Shown: in pieces, positions 11,146 to 22,638 of the stretch
Layout of the letters: each line of letters begins with the position of its first letter
Numbering within the stretch: position 1 is the stretch's first letter
Assembly: GCA_035084275.1 (NCBI GenBank)
Contig: CM068761.1
Coordinates: forward strand, 8,680,001-8,744,000
Reading direction: 5' to 3'
Source of the DNA: Hydrolagus colliei
Lineage: Eukaryota
DNA: 64,000 bases
Notes under the pieces: model-generated
Database searches by the model: none
What the model was told of the DNA's origin: nothing
The model's input: the letters and a program-made list of their open reading frames with translations, nothing else
Translations under genes and position numbers: made by a program

Positions 11146-13172
11146 CTGGAAGACAAATGTGGATAAAAAAAAATGAAATTAATTTTTTAACATTTTAAGT
11201 TAGAAACGACCTGTTGAAAAACACGACAAAACTTCAGGATCGCCAATAAATAATCCTATACATTATTTCACATTCCTGTAAATGGTAAAACATTTTCTTG
11301 TGCAGAGTTTTAGACGGTACTTTACAACTGTGACAAAGTGTAACAATGTAAAGGGAACAGTGAGTGTTGGTGGTCATCATACACCATCGCACACCATTCA
11401 TTATTATACTATCAATAGTTTGCTGCTGAGAGCTCAACAACAATAATAATAATCCTCGCATTTGATATAGTGCTCTTCATGTCACAAATTTCTCAAAATA
11501 TACTGTAGGCAGCCAATTGCGCACAGCAGTGTCTCACAAACTGTCGTGGATTGAAATGACCAATTTATAATAGGATTGTTTGCAGTGGGGAACACACGTT
11601 CAAAATTTTCCTCAATTTAAATAATTATTAAATACAATCATAAGAAATAACACTGGACACTATATATCGGGTCACAAGGAGAGAAAGCGCAGTGAAACGT
11701 CATGATTAACTCGATCGAGTTTGTATAGAGAGTAACAACCTGAAAATAGGAAGCAAATAAATGTTTTCCTTCAGACCAAACACTCTGCACTGTAAAACAA
11801 TGCAGGAGCACAATCAGAATGCAATGTTTGATTAGTTGCAGAGAGAAGCTTCAGATTTCAGAATAATTTATTTGGCACAGTATTTGCTGATTTCAGTTCA
11901 AAATGTATAACGCACAATACACAAATTAGAATCCGTTTAATATGATGCCTGAGGGAAATAATAAAGTTAAGTTTCAAGCGAGAAAATATACTTTCACCAG
12001 ATTGAGCCGACGCTCAGCCTCTGTCTTTAATGAGCGATGATTGCCATCTGATCAACTGCAGCAACTTGTGGCGAAAATCATGATATTATTGAGTCTCTCC
12101 AATGGTGCTGCCCTTAGCGATATCAACAATGGAATTCGGAGAAAATAATACGTTTCTAAAGTTAGAAATCTGAAGATAAATGTGCGCAATATATTGTAAG
12201 GTAGAAACGTATTTTAATGGGGGTAGTGGAGGAGAAAATAAAACATTTGAAGAAATCCGAGTAGAACTCTGGAATAGAAAAATGCTAAAATGCGAAGATT
12301 GGTACTGGCAGCAACACAGAGCAGATTATAACATTTGGGTTATTTTGAAAATAATGGATTCGTTTCGAAAGCATAATGATGTTGAGAACAAACTCCCCTA
12401 CATTTATTCTCTATCATCCACATATCAGTTTCACATAATGTTACTCAGTCTCAAAGAAGTTTACATTGTCAAAATGATCATTACAGACGAATACTATTTT
12501 CAGGGAATCCGGTTCCCTCTAAGATTGAACCGCTCACCAATCGGTCCATTGGACCCCAGCGACAGTCACCAGATGGAAAGATGCTGTTGATCTCCTTATG
12601 ATGGAGATTCTTTTAAATATCACTTCGTGGTCACAAACTGGGAAAGAGGTTCACAGGCAAACATAGAAATTAAATAATCTGGCACAAAGAGATTTAACTT
12701 CAATCTCAGGTGTGAAGTGTTAACTAATTTCCCTGGTGTAGCTCATTCTTTACCAGGATCTATAAGCGGTGTTAGAGTGAATCTGGCATCTTCAGTCCTT
12801 CAGAATGTTAAATATAAATATCACCACGGTTACCTCCGCTTGACTAATTTCATTCCTTTCTCCACCCTTTTACCTTTGTTAGTTTGCTGTAATATTTGTC
12901 TAAATTTCTTCACAGATTTTCAATTGAGGTCTGTTTTGGTTTAAAATTTGCGATTACCAAATAAAAGGTTTATCATTCGGAAGATTTTCACCAAGTGCGA
13001 CTATTACAGAAACCGTGTGAAACAATATCGAATATAGACAAACATACAAATATATTTGGACGTTCTCCTGACCTGAAAGGCTCTGTACAATAGCAAGGTT
13101 GTTGTTATTATTGTGGAAACTGTCGAAGAATTAGATCAAATGATCATTGAAAGTCGAAACAAGATAACTTAC

Positions 13173-13508
13173 TTTTCAAACTCAACTTGGTCCCTTTACC
13201 AAAGATGAAGCTGCTATACCCGGAAAAACAGTAATAATCGGCAGCGTCCTCCGGCTGCACACTGCTGATGGTTAAATGCATGGCGTTGCTCGATGAGTCC
13301 ACAGAACCAGTGAATCGATCAGGAATCCCCTGACCTCTGGTGGAGCTATCATACCAAACAAACACAGGGGCGCTGCCAGGCTTCTGCTGGTACCAGTTCG
13401 TGTAGCCTCCGATGCTGCCTCCGGACATGGTACAGGTGATCTTGACGGTGTTTCCCGGGGAGGTTGAGATGGACGGTGGCTGAGTCAGGGTAACAGCTGC
13501 GGTTGTTC
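13173..13508 (-). CDS. IGLV: Germline-joined VJ exon, cluster 1 (intact)
   Basis: [44 protein letters not shown]...[21 protein letters not shown]. Acceptor ctccag|GA and donor A|GTAAG. V runs in frame into FGxG with no RSS. Confidence 0.95.
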
Positions 13509-13618
13509 CTGGAGAAGTAACAGGTCCAAGATTAGTCACACTGTAGAGATGTCACACTGTAGAACTAGCTGTACATAGTGAAGGTAATTGAGATCAGTGC
13601 GGATTCCGCTGCGCTTAC

Positions 13619-13667
13619 CATGCAGACAAAGGAGCAAAGCGGCCAGAACTCGGAGCCAATCGCCCAT
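13619..13667 (-). CDS. IGLV: Leader (signal peptide) exon, cluster 1
   Basis: MGDWLRVLAALLLCLH(G)|GTAAG. The exon is 49 nt in phase 1, followed by a 110-nt intron to V. Confidence 0.92.
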
Positions 13668-13791
13668 TGTGAACAGTTTGATGAACATCAGAGAAATTAC
13701 TGCTTCACAGACGAAAGCCACTTTACTGCTCGATTGTAAACTTCTCCTTAAGAACCATCAGGTGATGCAAGTCCAGTTGAATTCACAATTT

Positions 13792-13799
13792 ATGCAAAT
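13792..13799 (-). promoter_or_regulatory. Octamer ATTTGCAT of the V1 promoter
   Basis: Perfect octamer in light-chain orientation, ~125 nt upstream of the leader ATG. Confidence 0.85.
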
Positions 13800-13944
13800 T
13801 GTCCTCCGGCTTCCATCCTCCAATAGGAATCCTTGTTCTGAACAGCAGATGGAACATCATGCAGATTTGAACAGTTTTACTGCCCGGATTTCAAAAGATG
13901 TTTCATAGTAACATTGAATAGTGTTTAAATCTGAACAGCTTGAT

Positions 13945-14224
13945 AAAATATTAATAATCCTTGATTTGATATGGCGCTTTTCACGTCTTCTAGACATCTG
14001 ATTGCGCTTCACAGAATATTCTGTATATATGTGGGCGAAAGGGGCAGCCGATTGCGCAAACCAGTTTACAACGAAAGTGGTAAAACGACCAATTTATATT
14101 GGGTATTTTCGGGATTATTATCAGGCGTGGAGTAAGGAAATTTACCCAAGGTTTCGCCCTGACTGGCTTCAAACCCAGATCTCTTGATTGTAAGGCAAGT
14201 GCTCTAAACACGGAGCTACAGGAT
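13945..14224 (-). mobile_element. tRNA-derived SINE (paralogue of 29-305)
   Basis: Same tRNA-like head (14150-14224) and L2-like tail. Confidence 0.7.
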
Positions 14225-16216
14225 ATCAGAAAGTGATGCTAGTTTTCATTTGTACTGTGAAACAGCTTTTTAAGTAGCACACACTTCAATTATTGATAGT
14301 ATCGTTAAGAAGTCTTAATCCTATTAAGTATTCACGTATTTCACGGCTTTGCGGTGTATGAATCCTGCAAGATTCGCTTGCCCATATACAAAGAGATTTA
14401 TTCGCTTGTGATGCTTGTTCCGATGAAAGATAATTTGTAGTTGGGAAAGTTTAAACTTTTCATTCTGTTAACCTTTACACATCGACAAGCCACACCTGAA
14501 CGTGTACAGACTTCACATCAGGTAACAGGTTTCCTCACATATACGGTTCATCTTTTTCTGAAATACGTTTTCCAATTCACCTTGTGGCAAGTTGCAGACC
14601 TGCCCTCACGCTAGGATTCCCTTTACTGCACCATGCCTCACTGCAGATGTGATACAATAGAGCCACAATGAATTGTAGCGGCTACTTTTTCTGATAAAAC
14701 ATTAACAGCTGTTAATCGACCTTTCCTTTCAGGGCATAAAAACACAAAAACATAAATCGCATCTTCTGGATATGTCACTGACATCGAAATTGTGATGTAG
14801 ACTGGAACGGGAACTGTAAAAGCAGAGTAATGTTACACCACCCATTAAAAGAAGAACAGTCCTCAAGTGAATAATTCCCCCAGAGTTCCCACTCACGTGA
14901 ATTCAATTCTGTCCATGCGCTGATCCCATGCACGTTTGGGACAAGTCAAAGTCAAATAACTTTCACATGCGTGGAAAACCCAGCCCTGCATTCATTTCTA
15001 AACTGAATACATGTATATTATATTTACTGTTAAATGAAATAAATAGATAATACTTTTGACAAAGCACCTTTCATATCAACAACAACAACAACTTCGATTT
15101 AGATGGCGCCTTCCATGCCAGGCGGCATTTCACAGCGCTTCACAGAAGCGGATCCCGGTACCAAGCTAGTGAAGGAGAAGAAAGGTGACCAAAGGCACGG
15201 TCGAAAAGAAAGGTCTTTAGCTGTGAAGAGGACTTGTCACGATCCTCGCAGAATATACTGTACATGCTGTTTAGAAAAATGTAGCAGCCTATTTGTACAT
15301 GGTGATGTTTCACAAACAGCCTTGAAATGAATGATACTTTTATTTGGGAATTGTTGGACAGGACTTCAAATGCTTTGTTCCCCATTTGAATTGTGGCATG
15401 GGATGCGTAGCGTCCGTATTATCAAGAAAATGATAGTTGGTTTCAAGCGTAATCCAAAGGATAGGACATACACATCAGTGCATTTCAGAAGGTGATCTAC
15501 TCAGGTCTTCAGATTTGAAAGCTTGCTTGTATTGAACTCTTCGCACGTGACGATTGAATGCACGTTTGTGACAAGTCAAGGTCAAATAATTTGCACATGC
15601 ACAGAAACCCAGAACAGACTTCGAAAAAACAAACTCACACGTGTATTGTGTTAAAAATGAGATAAATAATAGTACCTTTTAGAAAGTACCTGTCATTTAA
15701 TGATGAATTTTCGTTTCAAATGATGCTTCACTGGATATATGACATATATTCTTCAGGCAAATGTGGATGCCAATTTGTGCACATTAATGTCTTACAAGCA
15801 GCCGTGAAATCAATGCCAATTTTACTTGGGTCATTGCTGGACAGGGTATCAAGCGTTTTCTTCTTCATGTGCATTATGGCATGTGGTCATTGGTATCAAT
15901 ATCAACAGTAAAATTGGATTTAGCTGAAAGTCACATCGAAAGGTTAGCCAATACAGGACATCCCCATGATTGCATTGCAGAAGCTGATTTACCCCAGGTA
16001 TCCAGTTATCATTATTGCAGTAGCATTATTTGGGAAATGATCAAACTTATTAACATAACATAGAAATATATGAATGAACAACAACAATAAAATTACATTT
16101 ACAGAGCACCTTTCACATCAGGAAGACATCCCAAGGCAGTGCACACTTCGGTCAGGACCCCAGAATGGCGGCGTCGGAGCAGCAGCAGGGTTAGATGGCG
16201 CCCCCGCCACAGCGGC

Positions 16217-16493
16217 CGCAAGCGCAGGATGCCGAATTACAACTCATACGTGTACATGGTGCTGAAGCAGGTCCACGCGAACACAGGCAATTCATCACCA
16301 GCCATGAACATGGTGAATTCGTTCATCAGTGACATCTTCGAGCGGATCGCCTGCGAGGCCTAGTACCTGATCGAGTACAGCAAGCGGCAGATCATCTCAT
16401 CATGTGAGATCCAGACGGCAGTCAGGCATCTGCTGCCGGGTGTGCCGGCCAAATACAGAAAGCACGGAAGCCATCACCAAGTACACCAGCTGA
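16217..16493 (+). pseudogene. H2B: Histone H2B pseudogene, copy B
   Basis: [38 protein letters not shown]...EIQTAVRHLLPG...AITKYTS*. It has the same internal TAG as copy A. Confidence 0.9.
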
Positions 16494-16569
16494 GGAGCTG
16501 GTTGGTTTGTGGCCTGTCACCACACTAGGCCCAATCCCTACCGCCGTCTTGACCATCATGGCCGTGAAA

Positions 16570-16719
16570 CTGCAGCGACTGAAGGCCGAGCAGGAACTGC
16601 TCAACTCATCACATTTGGCCCTCACCTCCCACTTCACGCAGGTCCAGTTCCATCTCAATCTTATCATAAAGGCAAACGGTGACGACAAGGAGCAGCTGCT
16701 GGACGAGCTCAAGGACTTC
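16570..16719 (+). pseudogene. RUNDC1: RUNDC1-like fragment, copy B
   Basis: LQRLKAEQELLNSSHLALTSHFTQVQFHLNLIIKANGDDKEQLLDELKDF. Confidence 0.75.
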
Positions 16720-18440
16720 ATTATTGTTATTATTGTTTTATTTGTAGCTGTTCATTAATTGCTCCAACTTTCTGCTTTCTAACGTTTCCCCGTTTTTCTT
16801 CCCTCCATCCTTTTGCCACTTTTATCTCCCCCACTTTTCCCTCCTTTCTTTGCCTCTCTCTGGCTTCCTCTTTATTTCCCACTTTCTTTCCCCCTCTTCC
16901 CTCCTTTCTCTACCCCCTTCTTTCCCTACCTTTCCTTCCTCTTGTTCTTTCACCCCTACCCTCTATATCCCCTCCCCTTCCTCTTCCCACCCTCTCTTCC
17001 CCCTTTTCTTCCATCTCTTATGCCCCCTCTTCTCCCGCTTCCTTCCATCTGCTTCCTTTCCCCCCATTCTTTCCCTCTTCCCTCTCTCTTCCCCCTCATC
17101 CTCTTTTCTCACCCATTTCTCTGTGATTGTAAACCGCCCACCATTCGTTCCCTCTCCACCCTAGCCCCCTTTCTCCCCACCTTTTCCTCCCTGACTTTAC
17201 CACACCCCACCTTTCCCTCCCTCTCACCCACTACCCTCTTTTAACCCTTTCTCCCCTAACCCCACTTCCACGACTGTTTGTGGGATGCTGCTGTGCAAAA
17301 TTTGTCTGCCATGCTTTGCCCACAATATTCAGTCAATTCTCCTACTCTCCTTCCCTCAATCCCTCCCCACAGGCTCTGTTTCCTACCTGACCTTACAGCG
17401 CCTTGGAACATCCTCCGAACATGAAAGGTGCTCTATAAATGTAATTATGTTGTTGAGAACTGATTAAACATGCACATATTCATAGACCTTTAAAATATAT
17501 GAATGAAGGGTAACAAGTATATCATTTGGCCTATTGAATTTAGACACGTATTTTGAAGGGCCATTCTTTTACAAATAAGAATGTATTCAAGCTGTTCCTC
17601 CATATTTCTCAATGTGTATCCTACCACTTACAGGGATCAAGCCCTGAATAGTGGCTACTATTCTCCAGTTTAAAATTGATGAGGTGAAGGCCGCCTTATT
17701 TGGATCCTGTCTGCAATTCTTCACCCAAACATCTGACAACAACACTATTAACAGATTCATTTTTCACCACCCAGAGCTTGTACAAAGCCTTGGTATTCTC
17801 TTGGATGCTGATCTTTCCTTATCCCAATATGGACACCAAGCACAGTTCTACTTTTTCGCACTTCCATTACATTGAAAAACACTGCCACTGCGTCACCACA
17901 CATGCTGCCAAAACCATCATGAAAGGCCTTCAGCATGCTTTCGTCACATCCCTTGGGAAAACTGTCTCAGAAACACGTTGCCTTACCATGCCTTCCCTCC
18001 TTGAAATCTCATCTAAAGTCCTTTCTCTTTCACCGTGTCTCGGTCATGCTTCCACCCATCCCAATTTCAATCCAATCACAGCACAGATGACTAGTTTTGT
18101 TACATATTCCCTAAACTCAACTTACAACATAAATGCAATGTGTTCTTCCATTTGTCTGTCATTATTATTGCCTTGTACTGTGGTGGAGCACATGCCATAA
18201 AATTAACCTAAATGTGATAGTCTGAAGTATATTGCCCTTGAACCGTCTCACCATCACTAACATCAATTCTCAAAGACATTGGGATTTTGCTGCCTTTTTG
18301 GTGATGTATAGGAAGCCAGGCAGTAGGATAGAGCACAAATGTAATGACATTGATAGTGCTTGTGGAGGCACCAACGACGATAATTTACAATGAATTAATG
18401 ATACAATCTCGATTTACATTGCACATCTATTATGATTTTC

Positions 18441-18966
18441 ATCACATCTAGGCTCATGGATCCTCCTGCACTAGGCACTGGAACCACATCACTCCCACCC
18501 TTGCTCATCTCCAACGGCTCCCCATCTTCCGTAGGGTTAAATTCCAGATCCTCGTCCTCACTTTGAAGGCCATCCATGGCCTTACACCCACCTATGTTTC
18601 CAACCTACTGACTCCCTATCAAACTGCCCATCGTGGCCGTTCAGTGGGCTCGTTCCTGCTCCATACACCCTGCCCGAAACTGACCAACCATCGGTGGCCG
18701 GGCTTTCAGCCATTCTGTCCCACATTCTGGAACTCCATCCCGCAACCCGTTCATCTCTCTGCCTCCCTTTCTTCCTTTAAGGCCAGTCTGAAGACCTTCC
18801 TCTTGGACCGTGCCTTCCCCACCCATTCAAACACTCCCCCCTTTCCTACTCTCCTGCACACGACCCCCTCGCCCTATACACAATCGACACCTGACCTGAT
18901 TGTTCAGCGCCTTGGGACATCCTCCAGACATGAAAGGCGCTCTATCAATATAATTTTGCTGTTGTT
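18441..18966 (+). mobile_element. L2 3' fragment (remnant of the element at 6590-8668 after deletion)
   Basis: Matches 8106-8668. It is joined directly to the homologue of ~5835. Confidence 0.85.
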
Positions 18967-19105
18967 GTCTTATGTATATACTTATTAAACTTTAAACTTT
19001 TATTTTATTTTAAAAACTAGTGGTGTTGCTTTTGGTCTTTATTTAATATTAATGTAAGAAATTTAAACCAGAAATATACTGAAGGAACGTAACCCCTGTG
19101 GATAG

Positions 19106-20314
19106 TAGGGTCCGACGATATATCGCTAAAACCCGATATAATTTGCATATCGATACGCATAAACAGGCATTTAAAATATCGATATATCGAAAAACGATAT
19201 ATCGAGGTAAAAATCGGGATGCGAGCACACTGAACTACAAGAACCAGAATACTCATCTCTATACACAATGCACAGACCGAGGTGCAAAGCCGCCATATTG
19301 TATTCACAGTCCTCGAATACAATATAAAGGTATGCAAGTGCTGGGGGGTGAGAGAGACAGCAGGGGGGGGAGGGGGACGAGGAGAGAGACTGCTGGAGGG
19401 GGGGGTGAGGGGGAGAGAGATGGCTGGGGGAGGGGGAGAGAGATGGCTGGGGGGAGGGGGAGAGAGACGGCTGGGGGGAGAGGGCGAGAGAGACGGCGGG
19501 GGGGAGGGGGAGCGATACGGCTGGCGGGAGGGGGAGAGAGACGGCTGGGGGGGGGAGAGGGGGAGAGATATGGCTGGGGGGGAGAGGGGAATAGAGACGC
19601 CTGGGGGGAGGGTCAGAGAGACGGCTGGGGGCTGGGGGGAGAGACGGCTGGGGGGAGAGGAGAGGGGGAGAGAGACGGCTGGGAGGAGGGGGAGAGAGAC
19701 GGCTGGGGATAGGGGTAGAGAGACGGCTGGGGGTGGAGAGACGGCTGGCTGGGGGGGAGCGAGACGGCTGGGGGGGGAGGAGAGGGGGAGAGAGACGGCT
19801 GGGGAGAGGGGGAGAGAGACAGCCGGGGGGAGAAAGATGGCTAGGGGGGTGAGAGAGACGGCTGGGGGGGGGAGGGAGAGATAGACGGCGGGGGGTGGGG
19901 GAGGGAGAAATAGACGGCTGGGGGGGGGGGTGGGGGAGAGAGAGGACGGGGGTGGGTGGAGAGAGAGAGGGACGGGATGGGTGGGAGAGACGGGGTGGAT
20001 GTGATAATATACAGATAGAAGAGATGGGGGGGATGTGAGAGGGGAGAGAGGGAGATTGACACAGAGACACACAGACAGAAAAACGCAGAGATAGAGAGAG
20101 TGAGAAACACAGAGAGAGAAAGATATTTACCTCCTGAGAAGATAGGCCCCGAATGCGCGCGCACCCGGAATGCGCACGCACCCGGAACCCGCGCGCACTC
20201 CAAATCCGTGCGCATGCGCAGTACGAAAAACCCGAAAATATCGATATTTCGATATATCTCGATATGGGCCTAACGATATATTTAATCGGAAAATTTCCAT
20301 ATCGACGGACCCTA
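19106..20314. mobile_element. Non-autonomous hAT-type element (MITE family 1), copy 1
   Basis: Termini TAGGGTCCG...CGGACCCTA with an exact 8-bp TSD gtggatag (19098-19105 and 20315-20322). The empty site is at ~8800-8812. Subterminal CGATAT repeats are present. Confidence 0.92.
19340..20000 (+). repeat. G-rich minisatellite (GGGGGAGAGAGACGGCT-like units) inside the MITE
   Basis: Dozens of imperfect ~15-20-nt units. It produces spurious Pro/Ser and Gly/Arg ORFs. Confidence 0.9.
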
Positions 20315-20714
20315 GTGGATAGTATGCGGGCCTTTGGTAATTTAGGTTTTGCAATATGGTATTTCACTTAAAATCACATTTTTTAACAAAACATCCCCAA
20401 CGTTACTTGGGCAGATCCAGTACCGATAATTACTTAAAGAGATATACCTCCACTATCTTAAAGCAACTTCCCAAGTATCGTTATCTTTAAACACCAGATT
20501 ATGTCGTATCAATATGTGTTTTCAGGCATTAGTCCCCCTAAAATAGAATATAGAATGGTGGTGAACGATAACCAAAATAACATTTTTGAATCCTCCTCCC
20601 CCATGAAGTGCAATCAACACTTTCAGTTATTATTCACAAATTAACCCATGAGTCAGAATGTGTAAACGTGGATCTTGGGCCTGGTTGGTTGTGATAACCA
20701 TTCATAAACATTAA

Positions 20715-21513
20715 CAAATGCAAATTCTTAGATTAGGAGAGCAGTAAACTATATTATGTGAATGGAGAACATGGTCCGCTCACTGCCGGTTGTGCTCAGT
20801 GTATCATTCATTTTATTGTTTTTATTGGTTCAATTAATTATTACAAGTAATTCTCCCAATTCAAACATAACTATAGGCTATTATATTATTACATTAGACA
20901 GAGCTTGGGATTCATTCCATACGAGTTACATAAACATCTCGATTACATCAGTAAAAGACGCTGCCGAAACTCAGCAGGTCAAACAGCATTCAAAAGACAT
21001 TTGTTTGATTGTGTTTGATTGCGTGATACTGTTCACCAAAACACGTTTCCACAGCCACAGTTTGGATGCTGTTTGACCTGCTGAGCTTCCCCAGCAACTT
21101 TTGTTTTCGTTTCAGATTCCCAGCATCTGTAGTATTTTGTGGTTCGATGACATCAGTACCAGCTGTGATTGATGTATTCCAGAAAGTCGTTGTCCAGCTT
21201 CCTCTTACCATAGTTCCATTTCGAGCATTAAACTTGTTTTGATATCTACCAACAAAGAACAGTTCTATTTCATGGTTATATCGTACCGATTTAATGGTGT
21301 GCAATAAAATGAAAATATTTACTATAATTAACAGCAGCTTAAACGACTGAAGGAAACTGCAGAGACACATGCGGGTGTTAAAAGGCTCCAATGCAGAAGT
21401 TGGTACGTTACTCAACCACAGGTTTGGAGCTCACTGGCCACGGGGTGGGGAGGGGAGTAACTCTACAATGAGCTCTTCGGAGTGGGTACATTTTGATGTT
21501 TCATTTGCATCTG
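20715..21513. promoter_or_regulatory. Candidate 3' enhancer paralogue, cluster 2
   Basis: CAAATGCAAAT at 20715-20725 and ATTTGCATCTG at 21503-21513. Confidence 0.4.
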
Positions 21514-22337
21514 ATTGTCATATAAACTTTCAATAGGTTGTGACGCCTTTTGGCAACACAAAAGCTCAGCATAATGATCGAGTGAAGCACTTGAGTAATA
21601 CTTTGATTTAGTTCTCTAGAGATTGGCGGGCTGGAGAGGCAGGGGGCAATTGTATCTCAATGAATTATCTTCCAAACCCATGGTGGATGTACAGCATTGT
21701 TGGGGAGAGCATTTCACACGTGGTCAGCTTGTAACAACAATCATGATTTAACAGTGAAGATTGTGCGATATCTTGAATTTACTTTAACTTTAATTGATGT
21801 TGAGTTTACTTTGACGGATGGTTCTTTGTAGCAACGTGAAAAGACTCCCAAGTAGCGACCAAGATTAAAATGTTTCCAAAATTCTACTACGTAAATTTCA
21901 AACGCATATAAGTACTGCTTGCATGTTTAATTGATAAGATCAAATTCGTGTTTCAGATAAAATAACAATGAAATGAAAAGAAGAAATAGTTTTAAATAGC
22001 CATGGCACGGAAGGCAATGAAAGAGTCATTTTACTAAATATATTATTTCTTAGTCATGTAGTGTTACACAGGGGGGCTTGATTATTTCAGCCTGAACACA
22101 CTGTAAAGTACAACCATTGAATTCCAGCAAACAGACAAATTATTGTTGCCGTATTGTAATTCTCTGCTTATAAATCTAAGATCTTATTTCCTTTCGTTGG
22201 AAATTTGCCGGAGGTATTTAATCGAATTTGTTTCTCAATTTGGGCATTCCTGACAAAATGACTTTAATTTCCAAACAATCATTAACACAATTCTTAGCCT
22301 TAATGTTATTGCCAAAGTTACTCTATATGTTCCTAAT

Positions 22338-22638
22338 TTAGATACAACTGGATCTGGCGATGGTTCTTTCGAGCGGAGTTCCCCAAGTCTCGTGTTTGAC
22401 CAGACAGGAACAGAGCTGGTGTGACTCCCACTCGGAGGCTGGCAGAGTCAGATAACTGCTCACACTGTACGTGTTGTCCACCTCCTGCTCCATCCCACTC
22501 GTTTCAACACCACAGTCCACTTGACCTCCACAGCTCCCGGTGTAAAATCATTCACCAGACACACCAGGGTCGCCTTGCTCTTCGCTGTGATTTGATCTGG
22601 TGATGGCGGAAGGACAGTCACCGACATGCCCCGTGGGT
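22338..22638 (-). pseudogene. IGLC: IgL constant exon, cluster 2 (frameshifted)
   Basis: 301 nt against 323 nt in the intact exons. A 22-nt deletion after KWTV removes DGSARSEG and shifts the frame. The polyA signal is changed to AGTAAA (22030-22035). Confidence 0.92.

Larger units (their letters stand above)
16079..17492 (-). mobile_element. Composite retroposed cassette (H2B/RUNDC1-like), copy B
   Basis: Exact 15-bp direct repeat aaatatatgaatgaa at 16064-16078 and 17493-17507. L2 3' tails point outward at or near both ends. Confidence 0.8.

Noticed and set aside
12503-12517. gggaatccggttccc palindrome in the J-C intron as an NF-kB site
   Set aside because: It does not fit GGGRNNYYCC on either strand and is not conserved in clusters 3 and 4.
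13200-13240. Residual RSS between V and J
   Set aside because: V runs directly in frame into FGKG in all three genes, with no heptamer or nonamer.
13588-13908. Plus-strand ORF antisense to the leader and promoter (also 31868-32059)
   Set aside because: Its conservation is explained by the underlying promoter/leader identity, and the lengths differ between copies.
19340-20000. G-rich GGCT-containing repeat as an Ig switch-like region
   Set aside because: It is internal to a transposon. In both copies the G-rich strand is the template strand of the local cluster, which is the wrong orientation for R-loops, and this is a light-chain locus.
19017-20367. Long ORFs of 200-400 aa on both strands (also 50356-51494)
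   Set aside because: They are Pro/Ser/Leu or Gly/Arg/Glu translations of a stop-poor minisatellite inside a MITE.
20762-21076. ORF with a signal-peptide-like hydrophobic start (and 9244-9792)
   Set aside because: The paralogous copies use different frames and lengths, and no domain is recognisable.
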